This document shows positions 39,593-47,415 of a stretch of DNA of 64,000 nt, in pieces (the stretch's first letter is position 1; every line of letters starts with the position of its first letter). A model generated the notes under the pieces. It did no database searches. It saw only the letters and a list, made by a program, of their open reading frames with translations, and was not told where the DNA came from. Source of the stretch: a phage; the sequence record PZ445427.1. One strand, given 5' to 3'. Position numbers and translations under genes: made by a program.

Positions 39593-39889
39593 ATGAAACG
39601 CATTGTACTTGCATTGACTCTAGTATCTACTTCTGTATTTGCTGTTCCACAACAGGAACTTTGTCAAGTTCAGGTTTGTAATAAGTTAGAACGATTTACT
39701 TTGGATATTTGGTCACACATTAAAGATAATATGGGTGAACAGTGTTTTGATATTGTTCTGCCAAAAGAGCAGGCTGTTCCTGGTGCTGTTCTTAGCTCAG
39801 AGTCACGTTGGTGGCAGGGTTCTTCTATCAACCCAACTAAGAAGTCAGTGACACGTATCAAACAGGTATATCAGTGCAATGTTCAGTAA
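39593..39889 (+). CDS. secreted small protein with signal peptide (98 aa)
   Basis: MKRIVLALTLVSTSVFA signal-like N-terminus; 4 Cys. Confidence 0.5.
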   Translation: MKRIVLALTLVSTSVFAVPQQELCQVQVCNKLERFTLDIWSHIKDNMGEQCFDIVLPKEQAVPGAVLSSESRWWQGSSINPTKKSVTRIKQVYQCNVQ

Positions 39890-39897
39890 AATTTCAC

Positions 39898-39926
39898 TTG
39901 CTTAATGCCGAAATTTTCTGTATAAT
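39898..39926 (+). promoter_or_regulatory. promoter cassette driving tRNA operon
   Basis: TTGCTT-N17-TATAAT; first tRNA starts about 15 nt after predicted TSS. Confidence 0.6.
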
Positions 39927-39940
39927 ATATTCATAAATTT

Positions 39941-40034
39941 GGAAGATTAACCCTAAAGGTAAGGGAGCTGTTTGCTAAACAGCCAGTAACTGTGGAGACA
40001 CGGTGTGCCAGTTCGAATCTGGCATCTTCCTCCA
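39941..40034 (+). tRNA. tRNA-Ser (anticodon GCU), class II
   Basis: acceptor GGAAGAT/ATCTTCC; anticodon stem GCTGT/ACAGC loop TTGCTAA; long variable arm; T-arm GCCAG-TTCGAAT-CTGGC; CCA encoded. Confidence 0.75.
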
Positions 40035-40039
40035 AATTT

Positions 40040-40117
40040 GGTTCTCAAGCTCATTTGGTATGAGCCGTCGCCTCATAAGCGAAAGGTAGGTAGGTTCGAA
40101 TCCTCCGGGAGCCACCA
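40040..40117 (+). tRNA. tRNA with anticodon CAU (Met or Ile-lysidine type)
   Basis: acceptor GGTTCTC/GGGAGCC (2 G-U); anticodon loop CTCATAA; T-loop TTCGAAT; CCA encoded. Confidence 0.6.
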
Positions 40118-40134
40118 ATTAATTAGGAGACTAT

Positions 40135-40320
40135 ATGTCTAGATTCTACGAAATGAAGAAAGCATTAGAAGAATGTCGGTGTAAGGACTGTCATGGTGGT
40201 GGTAGGCAGGATGATGCAGAACCTGGGGATATTTTCTGTAGAGAATGGGAATGTCCTACATGTAAAGGTACTGGTATCAACCCTGAATATGCAATTTGTC
40301 TAGACATTGAGCGAGGCTAA
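40135..40320 (+). CDS. small Zn-ribbon protein (61 aa)
   Basis: CxxC...CxxC (CRCKDC / CPTCKG). Confidence 0.5.
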   Translation: MSRFYEMKKALEECRCKDCHGGGRQDDAEPGDIFCREWECPTCKGTGINPEYAICLDIERG

Positions 40321-40660
40321 GATGGATATTTTTACTACTCCGGCAATAAACCTTTTAGGTGTTGGCTTGTTCCAAGCTACGGTGTATCGTACCGATGATT
40401 CTACTGATGTGGTAACGTTCATCGTACCTGAGTTCTTCCTAGAAAAGTTCTTTGAAGAGTTTGAGCAGTTCCGTGAAGAACACAATGCTCATTCCGATAT
40501 GGAAGATCTAGCAGCTATGTTCCCTGCGGTTTACGGCTATATCTTTGAAGGTAATGGCCTAGATCTTAATAAATCTGAACTCGTTGAACTTAATTGGGGC
40601 ATCAATTTTGAGGTTGGCTCTCCATTCCCTCGATATTTCCAGGGTTTAGAGATTCGCTAA
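40307..40660 (+). CDS. hypothetical protein (117 aa)
   Basis: ORF. Confidence 0.5.
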   Translation: MSEAKMDIFTTPAINLLGVGLFQATVYRTDDSTDVVTFIVPEFFLEKFFEEFEQFREEHNAHSDMEDLAAMFPAVYGYIFEGNGLDLNKSELVELNWGINFEVGSPFPRYFQGLEIR

Positions 40661-40668
40661 GATTACAT

Positions 40669-40745
40669 GGGGGTGTAATCGAATTGGCATAGGTACTGGA
40701 CTTAAAATTCAGGTTTTGTGGGTTCGAATCCCACCACCCCTACCA
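40669..40745 (+). tRNA. tRNA, anticodon UAA (Leu-type anticodon but class I length)
   Basis: acceptor GGGGGTG/CACCCCT; anticodon stem CTGGA/TTCAG loop CTTAAAA; T-arm GTGGG-TTCGAAT-CCCAC; D-arm not resolved. Confidence 0.5.
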
Positions 40746-40896
40746 AATTAAGGAAATAAAATGAAAGCTATTAAGAAAGCACTACGTAAATTTATGTACT
40801 GTCGTTTCCATAGTATTAAGGCTTCAACTAATGGTACGACTTACGATCGCTATGATCCTAAGTTTGGCTTACATTCTAAATAACTGGAGATAATAA

Positions 40897-41103
40897 ATGG
40901 CTAATCCTGAAATTACTGCACAGCGCTTTATGCTGAAAGGTATTATTGCTGAAGCAGGCATGACAGAAGAAGTTGCAGATTTTCAAAAGCAGTTCCTAAA
41001 TATTCTCACTCAAGCCAAAGAGCTAGGAGAGAAAGAACATGGCGCGGCTATTATGGCAATCACATTGGTTGGGCTTGATCTGGCAGAAGAATCAGGAGTT
41101 TAA
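40897..41103 (+). CDS. hypothetical protein (68 aa)
   Basis: ORF. Confidence 0.45.
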   Translation: MANPEITAQRFMLKGIIAEAGMTEEVADFQKQFLNILTQAKELGEKEHGAAIMAITLVGLDLAEESGV

Positions 41104-41133
41104 CTCCTCCAAGCAGAAATTTTAAAAATGTAC

Positions 41134-41163
41134 TTGCTTTTTACTTAAGATTTCTGCTATAAT
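41134..41163 (+). promoter_or_regulatory. promoter cassette (TTGCTT-N18-TATAAT)
   Basis: upstream of 41194 gene. Confidence 0.55.
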
Positions 41164-41193
41164 AGTTATATAAATTGATGAAGGAGTTAACGA

Positions 41194-41469
41194 ATGTCAA
41201 AACGTGTTACTTCAACTGGTGTTGAAAGTGCTGTTTGTAAATCCTGGGGTGGCTGGGAAGGTGAGATTGAATGGCTTTATTTCTACGATGTAGAACTTCT
41301 GCCGGAAGTCAAAGCTAAATGTGTGGAAGCTGGTATGGCTCCTGATGCAAAGGCTGATATCGAAATCACCATGACTAAGCTAGAAGGTCGTGTAATTACG
41401 CTCAATGATGATTATGAAGAAGTGTTCGAGCTTCCATTCAAACTGAGTGTCACTCCTAGCTTCGAGTAA
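41194..41469 (+). CDS. hypothetical protein (91 aa)
   Basis: ORF after promoter. Confidence 0.5.
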   Translation: MSKRVTSTGVESAVCKSWGGWEGEIEWLYFYDVELLPEVKAKCVEAGMAPDAKADIEITMTKLEGRVITLNDDYEEVFELPFKLSVTPSFE

Positions 41470-41505
41470 CTGATATAGCACTGAGCAAGTTCTTTAAAAT
41501 TTGAC

Positions 41506-41534
41506 TTGCTCAGTCCTTCAAAACTTGATATAAT
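41506..41534 (+). promoter_or_regulatory. promoter cassette (TTGCTC-N17-TATAAT) driving tRNA-Tyr
   Basis: hexamers 41506-41511 / 41529-41534. Confidence 0.55.
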
Positions 41535-41599
41535 ATTTATCTAATTTGGAAACATATTTAAAAGTGTTTAAATGAGAATTTTTGAATACTTCTAAATAT

Positions 41600-41687
41600 G
41601 GGCGTTTATTCCGTAAGTGGTAGCGGAGGGGATTGTAAATCCCTGGTCATTGCGACTCGAGTGGTTCGACTCCATTAACGCCCACCA
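41600..41687 (+). tRNA. tRNA-Tyr (anticodon GUA), class II
   Basis: perfect acceptor GGGCGTT/AACGCCC; D-stem TCCG/CGGA; anticodon loop TTGTAAA; long variable arm; T-loop TTCGACT; CCA encoded. Confidence 0.75.
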
Positions 41688-41704
41688 AATTAAAGGTAAA
41701 GGAT

Positions 41705-42196
41705 ATGTATATTGATCGGATAATTCAAGAAGCTGCAAATAGGGGTATTATACAGTTGGGTTCACCCGCTGATATAAATAAAGATCTAATATTAGAAAGC
41801 CTCACATTTGGTACAGCTAACTTTGGTCGCGATAGTAATCGTCGATATAGCTTGAAGTTATCTGCACTATCTTTTATCAAGTATAACAAAAGTATTGGAG
41901 AAAAATCCAGCTGTGGTTTTATTTACGCAATAACTAACCCAGCTTGGGATAACTATGTAAAAATTGGTATGTCTTCTGATCCTAAAACAAGATTAAGAAA
42001 TTACCAAACCTATTCTCCTTTACGTGATTATAAGTTAATACATTGGTCATTCTGGTTTAATGCTAGAGAAGCGGAGAAAATGCTTCATAATAGCTTTCCT
42101 GAACGGCTTAACGAATGGGTAGTGTTAGACAGAGGTGTAGACGAAATACTTTCCGAGTTTAACAATTTATCCAATAAGCAATTTAAGTCCTGTTAG
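41705..42196 (+). CDS. T5orf172/GIY-YIG-like domain protein (putative homing-endonuclease-type)
   Basis: 163 aa; block GFIYAITNPAWDNYVKIGMS...RL..Y resembles GIY-YIG/T5orf172 core; 3' end overlaps tRNA-Glu by about 10 nt. Confidence 0.55.
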   Translation: MYIDRIIQEAANRGIIQLGSPADINKDLILESLTFGTANFGRDSNRRYSLKLSALSFIKYNKSIGEKSSCGFIYAITNPAWDNYVKIGMSSDPKTRLRNYQTYSPLRDYKLIHWSFWFNAREAEKMLHNSFPERLNEWVVLDRGVDEILSEFNNLSNKQFKSC

Positions 42197-42263
42197 ACAA
42201 ACTGGTAAAGTCACTACCCTTTCAAGGTAGGATTTGCGGGTTCGATCCCCGCACAGGACGCCA
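42187..42263 (+). tRNA. tRNA-Glu (anticodon UUC)
   Basis: acceptor GTCCTGT/ACAGGAC; anticodon stem CTACC/GGTAG loop CTTTCAA; T-arm GCGGG-TTCGATC-CCCGC; CCA encoded. Confidence 0.7.
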
Positions 42264-42272
42264 ATTTCTGCA

Positions 42273-42348
42273 TTCCTAGAGTGTTACTGGACAGCATGTC
42301 GGTCTCCAAAACCGTACGGTCTAGGTTCGAGTCCTAGTAGGTTTGCCA
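42273..42348 (+). other. tRNA-like element with Trp-type anticodon arm (CCA); possible degenerate tRNA
   Basis: anticodon arm CGGT-CTCCAAA-ACCG and T-arm CTAGG-TTCGAGT-CCTAG are canonical, but acceptor pairing is only 5/7. Confidence 0.35.
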
Positions 42349-42354
42349 ATATTT

Positions 42355-42429
42355 GCACCTTTAGCTGAGATGGATTAGCGCTTGCCTGAAGAGCTTGAGA
42401 GGTTCGTTCAATTCGAACAGGGTGCACCA
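42355..42429 (+). tRNA. tRNA, anticodon probably GAA (Phe); CUG not excluded
   Basis: acceptor GCACCTT/AGGGTGC; D-stem GCTG/TAGC; anticodon loop CTGAAGA with weak stem; T-arm GTTCG-TTCAATT-CGAAC; CCA encoded. Confidence 0.55.
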
Positions 42430-42448
42430 ATTAATCAATATAAGGCTT

Positions 42449-42829
42449 ATGGAAACAAAAACGTGTAATAAGTGTGGAAATACATTTCCCTTGAGTACGG
42501 ACTACTTCTTTAAAAGTGGTAAGCAAGTCTCAGGAAAACAAAAATGGAAACCTATGTGCAAACAATGCGAAAGTATATCTCGTATTGAATACTATAATAA
42601 TACAATTGCCGAGGTTTTTCCTGACTTACATTGTGCTATTTGTGGGTATAACAAGTGTCCACAGGCGATTGATTTCCATCATTTAGAGCAGGATGATAAA
42701 GAGTTTAATATTAGTGAAGCTAGACGGGGTACGTTTAACAAAGAAAAACTAATAGAAGAGCTTGAGAAATGTGTACCTTTATGCTGTAGGTGTCACAGAG
42801 AATATCATGCTGGAGTTATTGAGCTTTAA
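42449..42829 (+). CDS. HNH homing endonuclease
   Basis: HNH motif DFHHLEQDDKEFN...CCRCHREYH with Zn-binding Cys pairs; start placed after upstream tRNA. Confidence 0.75.
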   Translation: METKTCNKCGNTFPLSTDYFFKSGKQVSGKQKWKPMCKQCESISRIEYYNNTIAEVFPDLHCAICGYNKCPQAIDFHHLEQDDKEFNISEARRGTFNKEKLIEELEKCVPLCCRCHREYHAGVIEL

Positions 42830-42843
42830 ACTGAAAAATGTAG

Positions 42844-42872
42844 TTGCTTAAATCCTTAAAGTTCTGTATAAT
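42844..42872 (+). promoter_or_regulatory. promoter cassette (TTGCTT-N17-TATAAT)
   Basis: upstream of 42901 gene. Confidence 0.6.
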
Positions 42873-42900
42873 TATTATATAAATTGAACTGGAGAACTAG

Positions 42901-43089
42901 ATGAAAGCACCTAAACCGAAATTAGTTAAGTTCGACTGCTGTGACACTGAAATCTTATTTACTAAGTTTGGTGAATTTAAGATGTGTGAATGTGGAACAT
43001 GTGGTTATGATCATGGTGATGGATATTATTGCAGAACCCTCGGGCCTTCTGAACTAATCCACTTCTCATGGCCGGAAAGTAAAGAATAA
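42901..43089 (+). CDS. small Cys-rich protein (62 aa)
   Basis: CC...CEC..C...C pattern. Confidence 0.45.
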   Translation: MKAPKPKLVKFDCCDTEILFTKFGEFKMCECGTCGYDHGDGYYCRTLGPSELIHFSWPESKE

Positions 43090-43091
43090 TA

Positions 43092-43167
43092 CGACCGTTG
43101 GCTGAATGGCTTAGGCGGAGGCCTGCAAAACCTCCTTATGTGAGTTCGAATCTCATGCGGTCGTCCA
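43092..43167 (+). tRNA. tRNA-Cys (anticodon GCA)
   Basis: acceptor CGACCGT/GCGGTCG; anticodon loop CTGCAAA (stem GAGGC/ACCTC with one mismatch); T-arm GTGAG-TTCGAAT-CTCAT; CCA encoded. Confidence 0.6.
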
Positions 43168-43174
43168 AATTTTA

Positions 43175-43257
43175 GGGTCGTTAGCCAAGCGGTTTGGCGG
43201 TGGACTGTTAATCCATGTCGAAAGACAACGTAGGTTCGAATCCTACACGGCCCGCCA
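43175..43257 (+). tRNA. tRNA, anticodon GUU (Asn-type) with unusually long variable arm
   Basis: acceptor GGGTCGT/ACGGCCC; anticodon stem GTGGA/TCCAT loop CTGTTAA; 13-nt variable hairpin; T-arm GTAGG-TTCGAAT-CCTAC; CCA encoded. Confidence 0.55.
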
Positions 43258-43360
43258 TATTCTGTGTAGAGTTAAGTAAACCGGTAGCCAACCAGCTATC
43301 ATTGCTGATATCGAATTCAGTCACAGATACCATTTTTCATTAACAACTGAGGAAATAGAT

Positions 43361-43546
43361 ATGACAACTCGTGCAATTGCTCGACTAGAAGCTGATCGTG
43401 ATAGTCTGATTAATAATATTAAGGTTTGGGATCAAGAAATTGAAAACCAAAAACTGACATTAATTCAAGATATGCAACAACAGAATGCCCGTCGTGAAGC
43501 TCTAAAAGAGGTTGAGGAAGCTATCGAAAAACTCAAAACTGAGTAA
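43361..43546 (+). CDS. hypothetical coiled-coil protein (61 aa)
   Basis: ORF with SD GAGGAAATAG. Confidence 0.45.
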   Translation: MTTRAIARLEADRDSLINNIKVWDQEIENQKLTLIQDMQQQNARREALKEVEEAIEKLKTE

Positions 43547-43554
43547 ATAAATTA

Positions 43555-43632
43555 TGCGATCGGGGCTGGCTTGGTAATGGTACTCCCCTGTCACGGGAGA
43601 GAATGTGGGTTCGAATCCCATCGGTCGCGCCA
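43555..43632 (+). tRNA. tRNA-Asp (anticodon GUC)
   Basis: acceptor GCGATCC/CGGTCGC (6/7); anticodon stem CTCCC/GGGAG loop CTGTCAC; T-arm GTGGG-TTCGAAT-CCCAT; CCA encoded. Confidence 0.65.
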
Positions 43633-43638
43633 AATAAT

Positions 43639-43714
43639 ACATCCATAGCTCAATGGTTAGAGCTACCGCCTCTTAAGCGGAGGGTTCTAGGTTCAAGTCC
43701 TAGTGGGTGTACCA
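43639..43714 (+). tRNA. tRNA-Lys (anticodon CUU)
   Basis: acceptor ACATCCA/TGGGTGT; D-stem GCTC/GAGC; anticodon loop CTCTTAA; T-arm CTAGG-TTCAAGT-CCTAG; CCA encoded. Confidence 0.65.
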
Positions 43715-43794
43715 AACATCAGAGCAGCGTGATGTACTGCAAAGACCCAAAGTCCGGGGTGGACTTCTTGATTCAAAGGAGCAGGCATTAATTA

Positions 43795-43905
43795 TCATTC
43801 TAGCGTGGTGGAGAGGGGACACCAGCTTGCCGAGGGTAGAAGCTCGTTCGATTCGAGTGAAAGAATGGTTCTCGTAAATCCGCACAAGTGATAGTAGGTT
43901 CAAGT
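43795..43905 (+). other. unresolved tRNA-like structured segment
   Basis: contains T-arm-like GCTCG-TTCGATT-CGAGT and GTAGG-TTCAAGT-CCTAC but no acceptor pairing at tRNA spacing. Confidence 0.3.
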
Positions 43906-43927
43906 CCTACCTAGATTGACTCATTAT

Positions 43928-44001
43928 GCGTTCGTAGTTAAAAGGTATAATTTTTGGTTGCCAACCAGAAGTTGAGGGTTCGATTCCCTCCGACCGCACC
44001 A
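43928..44001 (+). tRNA. tRNA-Gly (anticodon GCC)
   Basis: acceptor GCGTTCG/CGACCGC (6/7); D-stem GTTA/TAAT; anticodon stem TTTGG/CCAGA loop TTGCCAA; T-arm GAGGG-TTCGATT-CCCTC; CCA encoded. Confidence 0.65.
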
Positions 44002-44249
44002 AATTTAGGTTTCTGCTTCCTAGAGAACTGACTCCTAGATAAACAAGGCGATGAGTTTCCGGCCGGTTCTAGTCGCTGAAAATCCTCCCGACCAGGTAGG
44101 TGTAAGTAAACGAAAGTTTACTTATTAAGTAAGTCCGACACATCGGCGGGTGTGTTCTAGTACTTAAAGAAGGTCTCGCAAACTTTCTCGCTAGCATGAG
44201 TTGATAGCTCGGTGACTTACCTAATAAGTAAATTTATTAAAAAATGTAG

Positions 44250-44278
44250 TTGCTATTTAGCTTAATTCTCTGTATAAT
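44250..44278 (+). promoter_or_regulatory. promoter cassette driving tRNA-Pro/CAU operon
   Basis: TTGCTA-N17-TATAAT. Confidence 0.6.
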
Positions 44279-44310
44279 ATATTTTATAAAGTGAGTTAAC
44301 AAAGAATATT

Positions 44311-44388
44311 CTCCGTGTAGCTCAGTTTGGCCAGAGCGTTTCGTTTGGGGCGATAGGGTCGGGGGTTCAAATCCTCCCACGGAGACCA
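44311..44388 (+). tRNA. tRNA-Pro (anticodon UGG)
   Basis: perfect acceptor CTCCGTG/CACGGAG; D-stem GCTC/GAGC; anticodon loop TTTGGGG; T-arm GGGGG-TTCAAAT-CCTCC; CCA encoded. Confidence 0.7.
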
Positions 44389-44394
44389 AACAAT

Positions 44395-44472
44395 TGCGGG
44401 TTAGATCTCTGGTAGAGATCGCTAGTCTCATAAGCTAGAAAGAGGTAGGTTCGATTCCTACACCCGCTTCCA
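44395..44472 (+). tRNA. tRNA with anticodon CAU (second copy; Met/fMet/Ile2 type)
   Basis: acceptor TGCGGGT/ACCCGCT (1:72 mismatch, as in initiator tRNAs); D-stem GATC/GATC; anticodon stem CTAGT/GCTAG loop CTCATAA; CCA encoded. Confidence 0.65.
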
Positions 44473-44493
44473 ATTTAATAGAAGGATTTCGAA

Positions 44494-44658
44494 ATGAAAT
44501 TATTTCGTTTAAAAGTAAGTGATCTACGTTCTAGCAAAGATCGTAAGAAGTATCCACTAGCCCATTACGGTAAAGATGAAAATGAAGTGATGGCGGAATT
44601 TGGTATTAATCATCCTTACTTGAAAGTTCACTCTATTAAAGAAGTATACATGTATTAA
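44494..44658 (+). CDS. hypothetical small protein (54 aa)
   Basis: ATG after AAGGATTTCGAA; below 60-aa threshold of ORF track. Confidence 0.35.
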   Translation: MKLFRLKVSDLRSSKDRKKYPLAHYGKDENEVMAEFGINHPYLKVHSIKEVYMY

Positions 44659-44660
44659 AT

Positions 44661-44738
44661 TGACCGTTAACTCAACTGGATAAGAGTACCGAGCTTTTAC
44701 CTCGTAGGTTCTGGGTTCGAATCCCAGACGGTCAACCA
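44661..44738 (+). tRNA. tRNA-Lys (anticodon UUU)
   Basis: perfect acceptor TGACCGT/ACGGTCA; D-stem ACTC/GAGT; anticodon loop CTTTTAC; T-arm CTGGG-TTCGAAT-CCCAG; CCA encoded. Confidence 0.65.
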
Positions 44739-44755
44739 ATTTAAAGGAATTTGTT

Positions 44756-45073
44756 ATGAATATTAACAAAGTTCTAGGAACAATATCAGAAATGTCTGGT
44801 AGAGCTGGAAAACGCTTTACTGAATTATGTATTAAAAATCAAAAAGTACCAGAACATCAATGTCATTATTGTCGAGACTGTGAACAATACCATGAAATGT
44901 GTGTGGTTGAAGATTGGGTCTGGGATCAGATAAGAAAAGAACAATCCAAAGATATTGTTCTATGTTTTACTTGTATGGAACGACGTTTAGGACGTAAAAT
45001 TACTCTTAAAGATCTTAAACATGTTCCCTGTAACGCTCCTTACTTCATTGGTTTTAGAATGGAGAGATTTTGA
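44756..45073 (+). CDS. Cys-rich protein (105 aa)
   Basis: CHYCRDC and CFTC clusters (Zn-binding likely). Confidence 0.5.
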   Translation: MNINKVLGTISEMSGRAGKRFTELCIKNQKVPEHQCHYCRDCEQYHEMCVVEDWVWDQIRKEQSKDIVLCFTCMERRLGRKITLKDLKHVPCNAPYFIGFRMERF

Positions 45074-45206
45074 TGATAATCTGGTTTTACTTAATGAAAC
45101 AAAAAGTCAAGCAGTACAACGTATTTTCTGCTGATTTTACTATTGGAATGTTCTTAGCGGGATTATGTGAGTTTCTGTTTGAAGCCTACATCATAGGAAG
45201 TCTTTT

Positions 45207-45280
45207 GCTCGGTTAGTTTAATGGGAGAACCCCGTCTTTACACGGCGGTTGCGATAGTTCGATTCTATCACCGAGTACCA
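45207..45280 (+). tRNA. tRNA-Val (anticodon UAC)
   Basis: acceptor GCTCGGT/ACCGAGT; anticodon stem CCGTC/GGCGG loop TTTACAC; T-arm GATAG-TTCGATT-CTATC; CCA encoded. Confidence 0.65.
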
Positions 45281-45299
45281 ATTAACTCAAAATAAGGAA

Positions 45300-45659
45300 T
45301 TGCAAATGCAATTATCAAGCAAGGTTCAAGGCTATTTCGGGCATGTAACAATGGAGTTCGCTATCTCTAAAGGTTGGGACTTCGAACAAGATCTAGCTGA
45401 ATTCTACAAAGATATTGATCTGAATGTACCGTACATAGGACTCTCTACTGGTCAAGAGATCACAGAAGGCGATGTGTTCAAGGCAAGTCAAGGTGAGGTA
45501 ACACCTAGTTTTGCCGAGTTCTGGTTAGGTATTACTTTGAAAGAAGATGCACCGGATGGTGGTGTGGTTATGCAGAGTATGCACTCTGGAAGCTCTGACT
45601 ACCTTTTCGTTAGTGACGTTAAGGAAATACAAGAAATCTGCAAAAATGTACTTGCTTGA
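45300..45659 (+). CDS. hypothetical protein (119 aa)
   Basis: ORF. Confidence 0.5.
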   Translation: MQMQLSSKVQGYFGHVTMEFAISKGWDFEQDLAEFYKDIDLNVPYIGLSTGQEITEGDVFKASQGEVTPSFAEFWLGITLKEDAPDGGVVMQSMHSGSSDYLFVSDVKEIQEICKNVLA

Positions 45660-45680
45660 TGCTTAATTTCTTGTTATAAT
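45652..45680 (+). promoter_or_regulatory. promoter cassette followed by about 245-nt leader
   Basis: TTGCTT-N17-TATAAT; next ATG only at 45924. Confidence 0.55.
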
Positions 45681-45923
45681 ATTTATATAAATTGATGGGG
45701 AGAAATCCTCATCAAAGTTCACTAAGGTATTAGCTCGACCTAGGACTGGCTGCCAAAAAGCACGATCCCTACGACTTGGGAGAAGTTCTAGATTAGTCCA
45801 CTAGATTCAGTGGCAACTGAATAGTGTATCGGGTTTGTGAAGAGCGGTTATCCTCTACTGGCTAATGTCTGAGGGTAATACGCACACCGAGCTAATAGCC
45901 TTAGTAAACTAGAAGGAATATCT

Positions 45924-46187
45924 ATGTTTGATCTTAAAGATATGGCTAAGAAACTAATGTCGCAACGTTATCAACAAAGAACCCTCCATAAACGAGTTTC
46001 CGATATGAAGAAACGTTGCAATAATGCTAAGTATTATAATAGTCTTAATAAACTATCTGATGTAGATCTTGCTAAAACTGAAGCAATATATAATCACTTA
46101 GTAGTAGAATCTGATATAGTGAATAAAGATATTGCTAGGCTAGAAGCTCAGATTGTAGCAACTGTTCTCGATATGTATAGAGAATAA
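45924..46187 (+). CDS. hypothetical protein (87 aa)
   Basis: ORF with SD AGAAGGAATATC. Confidence 0.5.
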   Translation: MFDLKDMAKKLMSQRYQQRTLHKRVSDMKKRCNNAKYYNSLNKLSDVDLAKTEAIYNHLVVESDIVNKDIARLEAQIVATVLDMYRE

Positions 46188-46196
46188 ATAAATTTT

Positions 46197-46275
46197 GGGG
46201 AATGGGTCTGCATGGAGTGGACACCTCGCTTGCACCGAGGACATCAGAACGGTTCGATTCCGTTATTCTCCACCA
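46197..46275 (+). tRNA. tRNA-Ala (anticodon UGC), copy 1
   Basis: acceptor GGGGAAT/ATTCTCC with G3-U70; anticodon stem CCTCG/CGAGG loop CTTGCAC; T-arm AACGG-TTCGATT-CCGTT; CCA encoded. Confidence 0.55.
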
Positions 46276-46281
46276 AAATTC

Positions 46282-46357
46282 GGGGTCATAGGTTATTTGG
46301 TTAAACTTACTGCCTTGCAAGCAGTGGAACTCAGTTCAATTCTGAGTGACTCCACCA
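46282..46357 (+). tRNA. tRNA-Ala (anticodon UGC), copy 2
   Basis: acceptor GGGGTCA/TGACTCC with G3-U70; anticodon stem ACTGC/GCAGT loop CTTGCAA; T-arm CTCAG-TTCAATT-CTGAG; CCA encoded. Confidence 0.7.
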
Positions 46358-46376
46358 AACAAATTAAGGAAATAAT

Positions 46377-46595
46377 ATGGTATTCTTAGCAGCCTCTGTA
46401 GTTCTTGCAGCTTTAGCACTAGCTATCTATTTTAGAACTATTAAAGATTTAGCTAAAGAAAAGAAAACTTTCTTTACTGATTATTCTTGGGGCGCTCCAT
46501 ATACCGTCCGCTTTATCAGCTTAGAAGCTATGCTGATAATGGTATTCAGTGGTATAGGTTCCGTTGTTACAGGGTTACTATTTATTTCTAACTAA
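46377..46595 (+). CDS. small membrane protein (72 aa)
   Basis: two hydrophobic helices. Confidence 0.5.
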   Translation: MVFLAASVVLAALALAIYFRTIKDLAKEKKTFFTDYSWGAPYTVRFISLEAMLIMVFSGIGSVVTGLLFISN

Positions 46596-46602
46596 ATAAA
46601 AT

Positions 46603-46683
46603 GGGGATGTGGCGAAATTGGCAGACGCGCTAGATTTAGGCTCTAGTCTTCGGGTGTGGGTTCGAGTCCCTCCATCCCTACCA
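46603..46683 (+). tRNA. tRNA-Leu (anticodon UAG), class II
   Basis: acceptor GGGGATG/CATCCCT; Leu-type D-arm GGCGAAATTGGCAGACGCGC; anticodon stem CTAGA/TCTAG loop TTTAGGC; CCA encoded. Confidence 0.65.
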
Positions 46684-46857
46684 AACATTGGATTAACTCA
46701 TGATGAAAACTCCTATAACTGATATCTGGTTAGCTGTTAATACATTAACTAAAGAGTATGTGTTTATAGAGTATGGTCAGAGGTATGACCAAAAGATGTA
46801 TAATCTCATACTTCCAGTATCCGCTAATGAAGTTTATGATTTAATCCTGAGATCTAC

Positions 46858-46948
46858 GGAAGAGCAAATCGATTAGGTGACGAAAACCGCTTGGAAAGTG
46901 GCTGACTGGTAAAACGGCTTGAGAGTTCGAATCTCTCTTCTTCCGCCA
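46858..46948 (+). tRNA. tRNA-Ser (anticodon GGA), class II
   Basis: acceptor GGAAGAG/TTCTTCC; anticodon loop TTGGAAA; long variable arm; T-arm GAGAG-TTCGAAT-CTCTC; CCA encoded. Confidence 0.55.
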
Positions 46949-46970
46949 AACAACTTACTAGGAAACTAAT

Positions 46971-47327
46971 ATGTCAGAAGTGACAATCTATAATGAAATG
47001 CTTGGCAAAATTTTTACTAGTGTATGCCAAGACCAAGATACTCTTATCTTCATTTGTACTGATGGTAAGAACTATAAGTTTTATCATGAGCAGGACTGCT
47101 GTGAAGATGTTCATATAGATGATATTATTGGTGATTTACATGACCTTTTAGGTTATCCAATCATAGAAGCAGAGGAAGTAATCACACACGCTACAGAAGA
47201 TTGGGATTCAGTAACCCATACATGGTATAAGTTTGCCACAGCTAAAGGCTGTGTAACCGTTAAATGGCATGGTTCTAGTAATGGTTATTACTCTGAATCT
47301 GTAAACTTTGTAATATACGAACAATAG
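46971..47327 (+). CDS. hypothetical protein (118 aa)
   Basis: ORF; stop overlaps start of next tRNA by 2 nt. Confidence 0.5.
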   Translation: MSEVTIYNEMLGKIFTSVCQDQDTLIFICTDGKNYKFYHEQDCCEDVHIDDIIGDLHDLLGYPIIEAEEVITHATEDWDSVTHTWYKFATAKGCVTVKWHGSSNGYYSESVNFVIYEQ

Positions 47328-47415
47328 AAGATAGGACGTAGTGGTACGTAACCGGTCTTGAAAACCGGCCCGCTGTAGTGATATGGTGATGGTTCGACTC
47401 CATTATCTTCTGCCA
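47326..47415 (+). tRNA. tRNA-Ser (anticodon UGA), class II
   Basis: perfect acceptor AGAAGAT/ATCTTCT; anticodon stem CCGGT/ACCGG loop CTTGAAA; long variable arm; T-arm GATGG-TTCGACT-CCATT; CCA encoded. Confidence 0.7.

Noticed and set aside
43603-43903. ORFs 43603..43791 (+) and 43700..43903 (-)
   Set aside because: They overlap tRNA-Asp/tRNA-Lys and tRNA-like sequence; translation is low-complexity and lacks ribosome-binding sites.
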